From: Guillardia theta CCMP2712
Taxonomy: Eukaryota; Protista; Cryptophyta
NCBI RefSeq assembly: GCF_000315625.1
Contig: NW_005434672.1
Span: 174,698 to 238,697 of the forward strand
Direction: 5' to 3'
DNA: 64,000 nucleotides
In this document: piece by piece, positions 1-10,591 of the stretch
Layout of the letters: the number at the start of each line of letters is the position of its first letter
Position numbering within the stretch: the first letter of the stretch is position 1
Made by a program: the position numbers and the translations under genes
The notes under the pieces: generated by a model
What the model was told of the DNA's origin: nothing
Seen by the model: only the letters and a program-made list of their open reading frames with translations
Database searches by the model: none

Positions 1-50
1 TCAAATGCCTCAACAAACAACTGTTCTTCATCATTGACCTCTCAACACAG

Positions 51-413
51 GATGCCTTCAGGGTCTTCGATAAGGAGAATCGAGGTGGAAGGAGGGTGGT
101 GGTGGGAGAGGAATGCGGTGAGATCATATGCGTCAGGATTGATATCAGGAGAAGAGTTGCGGCACGTTCTCACTCGCTTCGGGGAGCCGATGGATGAGTC
201 GGAAGCCAATGATTACATCGCAGAGGCAGAAGCCAAGTGTCCTGACGTCAGGTGATCTGCTGCTGCTGTGCGCGACTGTCAGACGTGCTGAAGTTTTAGT
301 TGGATGCTCTCAGAGCGAATGGCGAGAAAACTGGGATGATCAACTACCTGGCGTTTATTGGTGTTATGCTTGACTTAAGTGAGGAGGAGATCGCAAGTGC
401 TGGCTTACAATGA
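51..413 (+). CDS. Calmodulin/myosin light chain-like EF-hand protein, 3' part (5' exons lie outside the window)
   Basis: Spliced reading [42 protein letters not shown]...GMINYLAFIGVML matches EF-hands 3-4 of calmodulin-like proteins. Two short GT-AG introns; stop TGA 411-413. Confidence 0.8.
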
Positions 414-825
414 AACAATTGAGTAAGAATACCTTCATTCGATCATACAGGAAAACACAATGCAACGCTAACGTCACTTTGTGTGTCAGTGTTTCTAACG
501 CATCAGAGCAGTCGATGTCACAGGGAAGGTGAAAATTGGACGATGCGAGAGAAGTCGCAAAATTTGTACTCGAGGCCACACGAAGGACTGGTGGTATTCG
601 ATTCAGTCAGCAGGATGCTTTGACCGTAGTACTCGCACGCGACTGTGCATCCCTTCCTCCAACTTCTTCGCCTTGCAGTCTCGATGTCACTGTCTCAGTC
701 TCAGTCTTCTCTCCATCTCTGTCGTTCCCCGCCATTCGCTTCCTTGGGCTCCTCGCCGAAAAGCATTTTCGCTCCCCCGCTCTCTTCCAAACCCACCCCA
801 CCCACCCCAACAAAAAGTCGAAGGT

Positions 826-852
826 GGGGGGGGGGGGGGGGGGGGGGGGGGG
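826..852 (+). repeat. 27-nt poly-G tract, preceded by C-rich ACCCC repeats (791-808)
   Basis: Read directly from the sequence. Confidence 0.9.
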
Positions 853-912
853 TAGAGTGAGGGGTGCTTTTTAAAAGGAACACTTGTCCAAGTTCTCGGG
901 CAACCGGTCGGC

Positions 913-3324
913 ATGCCGCCATGCGGGAGCGTCATAACGGACGTCGAGGACGTGCGGGAGCAGCTCTCTCTCCCCTCCCACCTGCCGCCCAGCGAAGTTG
1001 TGCGTCAGGCCTTCGCCTTGATGAAGCTCGACTTGCCAGAAAACCGCAGTGTAGGGTACGCGGCCAGGCGGATGCGGATGCACTTGGAGAGTCGAGCAAA
1101 GGAGGAAGAGGAGGATGAGGATGAGGATGAGGAGGAGGAGGAGGATACCTCATACCTCGTCAAGCTTTGCGAGAGTGAACTACATAAGGAGGCTGACAGG
1201 ACTGATACAACTGAGCAGCTGGTGATGGAGGCCCGGCGCCTCTTATCGCTTCCACGCGATCAGATGGCTGACGAATGTTTCCGTACGATCAAGAATGGTC
1301 AGGCTGATCTACAGACGGTGGGTCAAGCCTGCCGTATTCTGCACATCCTGTCAATCAGAGACGAGACAGGAATCAAAATTTACGATGACGGTGTAGTGGA
1401 CGCGATAGTATCTGTGATGGAAGCGGCTGAAAGAGACCCATCGGTCCTGTTGTCGGCCTGTCTGTTGCTGAGGTCGATCGCAGCTCTTCTGGACAAGCCC
1501 GACATCGAGAAACTGTCTCAACGCTTGATCAGAGCGATGAACGACCACAAAGAGCACGAAGAGTTTCAGCTTGTAGCCATGGACTTGATCTCACGCATGG
1601 TCCATGACGAGGATTCTGCACTAATCATGGGTGAAATCCCTGGAATCACGTGCTTGATTTCAAGCATGGAGCACCATGCGAATAGTCGAGCCATTCAAGA
1701 GAAAGGGTGTGGTGCGTTGGCAACCCTGATATCGCATGATGGTCAAAGCCTGGGATGTTTTGCTGCAGAGCAAGGGATAGATGCTGTCGTTGCAGCAGCG
1801 TTCAAGTTTCAAGATTCTCCTTCCATGTACGCTGCAGCAGCCAAGTGCATCTTTTTTTTATCGTCGGCTACCTTCTACTTGAACAGAGTTGCTTCTTGTG
1901 GAGGATCAGCGATCGTGTTGAGAGCCATGCGCCTGAACATGAACAATCCTGAAGCGCTCGAGGATGCATGCGGAGCTGTTGCTATCTTGAGCGAGAATGA
2001 TAGGAACAGGAAGATCATCCTAGAAAGAGATGGTATCACGGCTGTCACTAATGTCATGAAAATGTATTGTACGCAGCCGATCCTCGGCTTAGTGGCCTTG
2101 AAAGCGATAAGAAATCTTGCAGTGACTCAGGAGCAAGCGAACAAGTTCTTTCAGATGGGAGGCTTACAGGCTATTGTGCAGATCATGCTTTGCGTGCGAG
2201 GATACATAGAAATAGAGTGGGAGGCGTGCAACACTCTGCGCGTGAATTCCTATTTTGCTGGCAGTTTGCTGGCGACAACAGGGGCATTGGGAGCGGCATT
2301 GGACGCGATGAAAAGGTATCCCAACAATCCTGATATGCAAATCGTTGTATGCAAGATCATGGGGCATGTTTTATCGGACCCTGAGTGTCTCGAAAGAATC
2401 GGAGATGAAGGTGGGGCGGAGGTAGTGATGCAAGCCTTGGAAACACACCTTGAAAACCCTGATGTAGTCGTGTGGGGATGTCACACTATGTTGGGGCTGA
2501 GCGTTCGCCTGACACCCAAGATCTCTTTCATGCACTCGCAGCGATGGTCTGAACTGCTGGTGAAGGCCAAGGCGAAGCACGCAAAGCACAAGGAGATCCC
2601 GTGGATCTGCCAGGCTGCGATCAAAGCACGGGAAGGCAAGAGGCTCAGCCCGGAGGAGATGCTTCGATTCTTCGAGATCCAGGGGTTTCAGGTTGATCTT
2701 AGCAACATGGGGCTGGAGGACATGGATCTGAACTCTTCAGAACAACGAAAATTTTTGATGCGAAAGAGAAGCAAGAAACAAGGAGCACAGGCGCAACCGG
2801 CTGAGAACATTCGAGACATTCTCAATGACGATGAGATTCAAAGGATCGTAGCAAGCATTGAGGGAGACGAAAAAGGCGTGGAGAAGAACAATCACAAAAA
2901 GAAGAACAAGAAAAAATCGAGTACGGCTGCTTCGCAGGAGCAACGCCCAGGCAAGGACGAGGGTATAGCTGCTTCACAGGGGCAAAGTCAAGGCAAGGGT
3001 GAAATTAATAAGGGGCAGCACAACTGCGTTGAGGACAGCATCGACGATCAAGAGGAGAGGATGCGTGGCTTGAGGATAGACGCTGCTTCCGCGGCAGCTG
3101 GTGTCAAATCCAAGTCAAAGCGCAAGAAATCAAAAGCAAAGGCTAAGGGCCGAGCGGAGGGGGACAGTGAGTGTGTCATCTGCCTGAGTGAGACGGCAAC
3201 TCACGCGTACGTTCCCTGCGGACATCAATGCGTTTGTGAAGGTTGCAGCTCTAAGTTCCAACAGAGGTGCCCTGTTTGCAATCAAGAGAGCACAGTCTGC
3301 ATTCGAATTTGGAAGGATGTCTGA
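913..3324 (+). CDS. Armadillo-repeat protein with C-terminal C3HC4 RING finger (putative E3 ubiquitin ligase), intronless
   Basis: 803-aa ORF with ARM-like repeats (IQEKGCGALATL, ALEDACGAVAIL, MQIVVCKIM) and CVIC...PCGHQCVCEGC...CPVC RING signature. Confidence 0.88.
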   Translation: MPPCGSVITDVEDVREQLSLPSHLPPSEVVRQAFALMKLDLPENRSVGYAARRMRMHLESRAKEEEEDEDEDEEEEEDTSYLVKLCESELHKEADRTDTTEQLVMEARRLLSLPRDQMADECFRTIKNGQADLQTVGQACRILHILSIRDETGIKIYDDGVVDAIVSVMEAAERDPSVLLSACLLLRSIAALLDKPDIEKLSQRLIRAMNDHKEHEEFQLVAMDLISRMVHDEDSALIMGEIPGITCLISSMEHHANSRAIQEKGCGALATLISHDGQSLGCFAAEQGIDAVVAAAFKFQDSPSMYAAAAKCIFFLSSATFYLNRVASCGGSAIVLRAMRLNMNNPEALEDACGAVAILSENDRNRKIILERDGITAVTNVMKMYCTQPILGLVALKAIRNLAVTQEQANKFFQMGGLQAIVQIMLCVRGYIEIEWEACNTLRVNSYFAGSLLATTGALGAALDAMKRYPNNPDMQIVVCKIMGHVLSDPECLERIGDEGGAEVVMQALETHLENPDVVVWGCHTMLGLSVRLTPKISFMHSQRWSELLVKAKAKHAKHKEIPWICQAAIKAREGKRLSPEEMLRFFEIQGFQVDLSNMGLEDMDLNSSEQRKFLMRKRSKKQGAQAQPAENIRDILNDDEIQRIVASIEGDEKGVEKNNHKKKNKKKSSTAASQEQRPGKDEGIAASQGQSQGKGEINKGQHNCVEDSIDDQEERMRGLRIDAASAAAGVKSKSKRKKSKAKAKGRAEGDSECVICLSETATHAYVPCGHQCVCEGCSSKFQQRCPVCNQESTVCIRIWKDV

Positions 3325-3627
3325 ACTGTAAAATTTCACGCCTCGTCGCAAGATATTTCTGATGTACTATCATTGTTTTTCTCGACAATTATTTCCACGA
3401 GTAAACAGAGAGAGAGAGCGAAGTCAAATGAGCTTGTACCCCATGAGCCAATAGCGAGCATGTAGTTGAACGAGAAGCTGAAAGATAAGTGTCTTCCAAC
3501 ACGAGGCAGAGATGGATTCAAGAAGAACATGGAAACAAGAAAAATGGCAGGCCGTTGTGATATGCAAGGAAAGCTTGCTGATTGCGGAAGGATTTGGATC
3601 CAGCAGGGAAACGAGGTGAGAAGGGGA

Positions 3628-3653
3628 GGGGGGGGGGGGGGGGGGGGGGGGGG
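3628..3653 (+). repeat. 26-nt poly-G tract
   Basis: Read directly from the sequence. Confidence 0.9.
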
Positions 3654-4379
3654 CAAGATGATTTGGAAGTGCTGCAAGCCTTTAATATTTGTATAGAAGT
3701 TTCATAATGGACAGCAGTTAAGCTCAGGTTTCCAAAGGGGAGCTCATTTCTTCCCTCTGCCTCTTTACTTGAAAATATGCACGAGATCAGGGGGTTGATC
3801 ATGCGGCGGGCGGTTGCGGCGGGATGATCAAGGGGATGGTGGAGGTCGAGGAGGTCAAAGGTGTCTTCCTCGTCGAAGCAGGAGGGTGTGAGACTTGAGC
3901 TCGCAGTTCGGCAGAAAACTCATCAAGAGCAGCAGAGAGTGGGAGAAGAATGCCGCAGGAGGACTGAGGGGTACTAAGATACACGAGGAGATCGAAGAGG
4001 AGCAGGGGCAGGTACTACTGTTGCTGCGGAGAGCGGAAAGGGTAACTCCGCCTCATCGCATTTTAAAACACTGAGGACAGCAACGAGTCGTTTCTCGAAA
4101 TCAGTCGAATCCACTCGAAGATTCTGGATCTCCCAATTCCCCCGGTCATGAACTCATAGCATCCGAAAGACTCTGAAACGCTGTGCCCTGAGAGTATGAC
4201 TGTCAAAGATACACCGATCCATCACAGCTTACAGGGTCATCAGTCACGATCTTCTGGTCTCCGTGACCTCCGTATTCCCCAAGTTCCCCCAATCTCCCCA
4301 ACTTATATTACATAGCCCCCCCAACCTTGCGCACCTCTCCATCCCCAACCTCCAGCACACGCTGCTCTCAGTATAACGA

Positions 4380-4994
4380 ATGTCCTCCACTCAATCCTTC
4401 GATCATCTCGATGCTCTCTTCTTGGAGTACGTTGTCCAGGAGCCTCTGTCCAACCATTTCAGCCTGCCCCTTCCAGTCACTCAGCTGCACAAGTGCGATA
4501 ATGACAGATTCCTGGACTCCGCTTCTACTAGTTTCCTCGACCAAGACTTTGACATCTTTTCAAACGAGGATCTCGTTTTCGAGCACTGCCCTATCATGTT
4601 GCAGTGTGATTTGCCCGAACTTGAGCCTGCAAAACGCGAAGCTGCTGTTGAGTGTGCAGTTAAACCTACTCGTGGACCTCCTGCTGTTTTGAATGTTGTG
4701 CGAGTCCAGTCACGGCAGTCCTTCTTCCAATCCGACAAGCCCGTCGAGATCACCCTCGAGCGCCTTGCCGAGCACTTCCACGAGAGCCTCGAGGTCGCGG
4801 CGGCCAAGATCGGCATCGGCAAGTCGACGATGAAGCTGGTGTGCAGGCAGCTGGGAGTAGAGAAGTGGCCGTACAAGTTCTCAAAGAATCTAGAAGCGAA
4901 GGCCTTGAGACGATCAGAACCAAGACTTTCTACACAATCACGCCATTCGGATTCTTCTGATACGGATGGGAGCATCGATGGCGTGTTTTTGTGA
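4380..4994 (+). CDS. RWP-RK domain transcription factor, intronless subfamily, copy A1
   Basis: ITLERLAEHFHESLEVAAAKIGIGKSTMKLVCRQLGVEKWPY fits the RWP-RK consensus; acidic N-terminus. Confidence 0.88.
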   Translation: MSSTQSFDHLDALFLEYVVQEPLSNHFSLPLPVTQLHKCDNDRFLDSASTSFLDQDFDIFSNEDLVFEHCPIMLQCDLPELEPAKREAAVECAVKPTRGPPAVLNVVRVQSRQSFFQSDKPVEITLERLAEHFHESLEVAAAKIGIGKSTMKLVCRQLGVEKWPYKFSKNLEAKALRRSEPRLSTQSRHSDSSDTDGSIDGVFL

Positions 4995-5689
4995 AAGACT
5001 CGAAAAGTATTTCATAGGTTGAGCCTTGCATTGTATTTTTCCACGATATGTGCAGTTTGTCAATAGAATGTCCTGAAAACACTTTCGAAATAAGCTCAAA
5101 AGAATCATTTTCTTTTCCTCTTCAGCTTGATAATAGATGGGCGCGAATCCAGTTTATTTGACCCAGTTTATTAGGCAGCAAAACTGAAAGCAGCCAGTAT
5201 AGTCGGTAGATTTGCCCTAGCAGCAAAGCCACCGGACTCCCGAGGCTTCGAGTGTGCTTCCAACACCAAACACCGCAGTGACGTCATCAGCGGGAACCCT
5301 CTAAATTTTGCTCTCCCGCAGCTGCTGACCCTTTGTCGAAATAGTCTACCCTCCTGCTGAAAAGCCGTGCAAGTGCTTCGAAAAACTCTCTTCTCCTCTT
5401 CGTGCAAGCTCTCCAAAAAAAACTCTCCTCCTCTTCGCTGGCGTTGAAGCCTGATAAAAACACAAACTTTCCCGATGATCCGTGGATCATGTCAGAGAGC
5501 TGCCCATACAAAATCTTGTACGGATCAAAGAAGGGTATCGCAAGGTCCCAGAGTCCCCTGTTAGCCCGATCTCTTTCCGTACTGCTCGTCGGAAGCTTTC
5601 CTGGCCTTTCAGGAGCTGATTCATCAGACTCTGAGAGCCAGCTAATGTCACTTGATCACTGGCAACATTGACATCATCAGGGCCTCTGC

Positions 5690-6200
5690 CACCCGGGCCG
5701 GAAAACCAAGCCTGAAGCCTGTCGGCACTGCCGTCCAGACTCTCGCCGGGGGGCCGGGCAGTCCGGCGGTTCAACCCGGTGACCGTTGAACGGCGTGCGG
5801 CCGCCCGCAACGGGTGACAGTTCATGATCATGGCATAGGCTGAGGGCCCGGACGCCGTCGGATGAAGCATCCGTGACTCTGTGAATTAAAGAATTCAGTC
5901 CGTCTGTTCCCTTCACAGAGTCACCCGGTGATGTACGCCGGTACTCAGAGTCTGTTCCGAAGTTCTCATTCAACCGGCCGGGCGTTCACGGTGGCACGGT
6001 TGGCCCTCTCAGTCTGCCGGGGGCGGCCAGACTCTGCCGACCGGACCGCGGCACTGCGGCACCCGAGACTCTCGGACCGTACGGTCGCCGCCTGTTCCGA
6101 ACCGTCCGGCCCGCCGGGCCGCGCCCGGCCGCAGGCGCTGTTGGCCCTCTTATTATTTTGAAACCGTGATCGGGTCATCGAGCGATGATCATCGGTGATC
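5690..6200. repeat. GC-rich palindrome-dense intergenic island
   Basis: Dense CCGG/GGCC/GTAC/GATC/GTGAC words, e.g. ACCGTACGGT, CGATGATCATCG; no credible ORF. Confidence 0.6.
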
Positions 6201-6616
6201 GTCACGAGCCCTCCAGCCGTGATTTTACTGAAACGATGCTTGATCCTTCGATTGTTCTTATCACAGCTTCACTTCAGTTCGCAACCTTTGAGTTTCAATT
6301 GCTAGATAACGCAACCTTCTGCTTTCAGGAGCTAACCTTGGTTGTCGAAATAAGCTATTTTCGAAGGAAGGTCACGTCAACAAATTCCGCATCCCTTCAC
6401 CTCAGGATCTATTCCTATGACCACTCTAAGGACGTGGACATACTGAGGCTTTAGGGAAGGGGGACTTCGTGACCTTCGTGACCCCTTCCCTCGCTTCCTT
6501 TCAAGTTCTGGTCTGATCTCTTGAAACGAAATCTTGTCTCGAGCAACCAACCCCGCCACTACTAGTCACAGGTCTTCCCCTTCGAACTGGTTGTTTCTCC
6601 TACGTCTCGTCCAAAG

Positions 6617-7195
6617 ATGGATTTCTCTGAGTCATCCTTTATTGAATACAACAGCATACTGTCGGAGTATTGCTTCGATGATCGTTGTTTCCTGCCGCTC
6701 TCTCACCCTTCAAGACTGCCTATACCAGAGATGGAGGATTTTGTTGCTAGCAATCAGTCATCTACTCTCGAGCAGGATTTGATGAGCGACGAAAATGATA
6801 TCAAGCATGGTTGGCATTCACACAACCTTGCACGAGCTGAAAACTGCTCAGAAAATTATCAAGAAAAGGGCCATCAGCGTCGTGCCTCTTCTTCGGACAA
6901 AACACAAGAAGGAAGAAAGCTGTACGGCACAACACAACACACATTTGCAGTTCGTGTCCAGTCACGGCAGTCCTTCTTCCAATCCGACAAGCCCGTCGAG
7001 ATCACCCTCGAGCGCCTTGCCGAGCACTTCCACGAGAGCCTCGAGGTCGCGGCGGCCAAGATCGGCATCGGCAAGTCGACGATGAAGCTGGTGTGCAGGC
7101 AGCTGGGAGTGGAGAAGTGGCCGTATAAATGCAAAGGAGCTCGAAAGACCAAGGCAGGTCCCAAAAAACTTGTCGGGATGGACTGCATGTTCTGA
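6617..7195 (+). CDS. RWP-RK domain transcription factor, intronless subfamily, copy A2
   Basis: Same RWP-RK peptide as 4380-4994; 6956-7125 matches 4704-4873 at 169/170 nt. Confidence 0.88.
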   Translation: MDFSESSFIEYNSILSEYCFDDRCFLPLSHPSRLPIPEMEDFVASNQSSTLEQDLMSDENDIKHGWHSHNLARAENCSENYQEKGHQRRASSSDKTQEGRKLYGTTQHTFAVRVQSRQSFFQSDKPVEITLERLAEHFHESLEVAAAKIGIGKSTMKLVCRQLGVEKWPYKCKGARKTKAGPKKLVGMDCMF

Positions 7196-7470
7196 TAGCT
7201 GAGGAACATTTCCTTTCAACTTTCACCTTGCTCTTGTATAACAGTAAATTCGCTTTTTGTTTAGCTTGAGTATCATATGATTCAACTTTTGTTTTGTCAA
7301 AGTTTAATTTGCCCATCATGAACCGTGGCAACTTCACTGGCCAGCGAGTCAGGCCCTCGCCGCTGGCAGGCTGGCCCGGCCCGCAGGCCCGGCGCACTGC
7401 CGCCGCGAGCCGCTGTGACAGTGTCGCGGCCTGGTCTTCGAGGCTTCGCCGAGTCGGCCCAGTGGACTTA

Positions 7471-9611
7471 CATTCTGGGGTCAAACCGCGTTGGTTCTCG
7501 TCCCATATTTTCAAGGGGGTGGTGCATGGGAAAATGGGGGTACACGGCGTGTGATTCGCGCAGGTTGAAATTCTGTACTGTTGAAATTCAAACCATGTTC
7601 AAAACTGTGATTAAAAGTGATTTTGGATGTTTAGCTTATCGTTTCCTGGTACCTTCTAAAATGTTTTAATTCTACACGCCATCACCCACTACCCCAGTGC
7701 GTCTTCCCTCGCCATTCTTCTCTCATGTCGCGAAGCTCTTCTCTGCGGATCCTTGTCTTCAGTGTTTGAGTTTTGTGCGAGCATGTTAGCCCAAGTTGCA
7801 GTGACTCGCAGCAGGTGACTCTCATCAACATCTCTCTTCGTCAAACCCTCTGCGTCGGTTGGTGAAAATGTTATTATGCCATAATCTGTTTCAAAGTCTG
7901 GATCATATTTTTGAACGCATCCATGGAAGGGGACGAGTAAACCACGAACACACACGAGCATGAAGAGACTCTCAAGTATTTTGTGAGAGGAGAAGGTGCA
8001 AATGAACTCGTTCCATCACACAGGTATGGAGTTCTTCTGTGGATTGTTCATTTTCTAATCGTTGTGCACAGGTAGCAAAAGCCTGGCGATGTTGAGAACT
8101 AGATTCTGCATGCTTGTAGCTGAAGCGTATTGCAAAAGTCCAAGAGCTTTATTCCATGCAGACTTTCATCTTTATGTGCTGGATGGAATATCATATTTAT
8201 GAGAGATGCTTCACTGTGCCACATGACTTGTTCAGATCATGTTTGAACTTCTCCGCCTTTGAATGATGCATCTCTTGTTGCATGACTTCAAAACACTTTG
8301 TGAAGATGCATAGTCTTGTATATATCCATGTCCACATGCTCAAAGCCTTGCCTCTTTGTGACAAACAAGATTGAAACCTCTTCAAGACAGCAAACTCAAC
8401 CGCACGGTGTTGGATGGCAGTGCACCTACAGCATGTGCTTCCATTCTGTTGTGCGCGCAGTTGGAGAAGTTCCATATGACATTGTGGTTGTCATTATCAT
8501 TGTCTGGGAGTCCGTGTCAATTTGCTGATAGTTCGACATCCTGAGATAAACGCTTCGAATGAATAATAAATGTCAAATCAGATATCACCTCCAACCTTGA
8601 TTCTACATTAATGTCAGTCTGGTTGCAACGCACAATGGATTCTTGCATGCCAGCTTACAAGCTTGAGTCTTGATCCCTGATATGATCTGAGGCTTAATTG
8701 GACGTCAAAAGCTCCACCATTAGGGAAGCCAAGCAAAGTTGATGTATTTCAGCAAATATGCAAACATGCAAATAACCTGAATGAGGAGAGTTTGAAGAGA
8801 GGAGGGAAGAATCAACAAGAGCGTCGTGAGAGTCAAGTAATTGGCATATTTCAAAGAAGCAGAAGTCATCAAAGTTGTTCTGATGATGTGAAGCAACGAT
8901 GTATCGAAGCGTACAGAAGATTTGCCGTGCCGAGGAGGGAGTCAAGTGAGATGTGATTGCACCTTAATTAAGCGGACTCGTCATTATCTTACAGATTATC
9001 TTATTCAGTTCACTTTTCAGATAAAGTACATTACTCTGAGAGCCCAGAAGTCTTGAAGAGAAATTGATGATACGATTGACTTAGTCGTTGGAAATGTAGG
9101 ATGACGAACTCATGCAGCCTTGATCCACTTCTACAAGATCACCATGTCAGAATATGTGCTGGATTCTTGATGCCAATGGTACCTTGCGATCATGTTCTTA
9201 CTTGGCGGTTCTTCACCTGTGCTCATGGTGGCAGCTCGCTGACCTTGCTGCTGTGCTCGCCCGGCGGCTCAGCATGACGGCTCGGAGTGCGATTAGACGA
9301 TGGGAATGATGGGAGCGTTTCCCCACCCTCATTGATAGGGTGGGTCATCAAAATTGTTTTAGATAGTACAAATTAGCAGTTATGAACCGTTACTCAGTAC
9401 AACTGTTTGTACCACGGATTCGAATAAACAATTCATTGCCGTTAAAACAAATGGACACGCCAGTTCAAAATTTGAAGCACCCCTACCACTGATATTACCG
9501 AGCAACACCCCTCAAAAAACATGGGGTACACTACCACCGGTATCCTATGAGAACAGCATACGCATTCCTCTTTTGCGTTAATAAAGACCAACGCGGTTTG
9601 ACCCCAGAATG
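7471..9611. mobile_element. 2141-bp TIR DNA transposon (probably non-autonomous or decayed), 25-bp perfect TIRs, 3-bp TTA target-site duplication
   Basis: CATTCTGGGGTCAAACCGCGTTGGT at 7471-7495; its exact reverse complement at 9587-9611; TTA at 7468-7470 and 9612-9614; AT-richer interior between two GC-rich flanks. Confidence 0.85.
7689..9226 (-). pseudogene. Decayed coding remnant inside the TIR element (possible transposase relic)
   Basis: One minus-strand frame reads HKYDIPSST*R*KSAWNKALGLLQ...VHND*KMNN...PV*WNEFICTF...QKYDPDFETDYG...EDALG* with scattered stops. No catalytic motif confidently recognised; 5' limit uncertain. Confidence 0.4.
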
Positions 9612-10591
9612 TTATCCGACTCGATGAGACGCTGCCCGGCCTCCGTGGCAGGCTGCTGACACGGTTGCTGAGTGCGCCGCGGCGCCTCCGAGGCCGTACG
9701 GTAGTCACCGTGACGGTGGCCGCAGGGCAGGCTCCGAGCCAGCGGCCTGGCCGCAGCGGCTGCGCAGCCGGGGGCGGGCATCCTCAGGAGAATCTTTACT
9801 CAGGCTGCCCCCAGGGCCCGAGCTGACTCAGTGAGGACTCATTTTGAGTGACCGCCGGGCGGCCCGGCCCGGCCTTCAGTCAGTGCCGTCAGTTCAGTAG
9901 CCGGGCGCCGCGAGGATCGTCTGACGAACCCCGAAACTTCTCGAAGCATCAATTCACCACCACCGGTTCTTGATTGTCCTAGGACAAAAAAAAAGAGTGG
10001 GGTGTAGACTCAGATTTTGGGGGTACGGTACTGGGGTGTCTGTGGTTAGGAAGTAAGGGTATCATGTTATAGCAATTATCATAGACTACGAATTATGAAA
10101 TACCCAGTGAGAGCTGCCTTGTTCTTCTAATTTTCTGGTAGACCCTTCAGGGTCAGAATCCTACCACCACCCCTTGCACCCTTATACGCTTGTCAGCACC
10201 CTGCGAAAGCGGATCAACGTACAGGGCATTCACACACCCGTACCGCGTTTCGTTCACCCTACCCACCCCTAAACTATTACGAAAGCCCAGTATACCACCG
10301 TACCAGGACCATCCTCTTTCACACTACCCCTGGATTCCATGAATCGACATCAGAGGGTACCTTCGGGGCAAAGGTAGGGTCCATATGTGAGTTGAAACAA
10401 GGTGTGTGCGCGGGGATTTGAGGGGTACTGGATGTTTGCTACAAAGATGACGGTGTGTTCCAGGGTGGGGTATCTTACAAGGTGAACAGCTGCAAGACCA
10501 CGGGGTGGTGTTTTCAGAGGGGGTGGGTACCTGGTGGGGCATTTGCCGGTGGGGTACAGCAAAGCGAAGCTCTGAGGTGTCCAAAGCAAGC

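Noticed and set aside
5318-5363. CAGCTGCTGACC and CCTGCTGAAAA matching the reverse complement near 35145 and 35236
   Set aside because: Only 11-12 bp each and in inconsistent order, so not a homologous repeat.
5487-6205. Arg/Pro/Gly-rich ORFs in GC islands (also near 35765, 42624, 62275)
   Set aside because: Stop-poor GC-rich sequence with no protein-like features.
4481-7219. Antisense ORFs over the RWP-RK cassettes (164, 111 and 85 aa)
   Set aside because: Shadow frames kept open by high GC3 codon bias; the sense frame carries the recognisable domain.
8100-8200. hAT-like 'TRW' motif in the TIR element remnant
   Set aside because: It depends on repairing two stop codons, and the 3-bp duplication conflicts with the 8-bp hAT TSD. 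Superfamily left unassigned.
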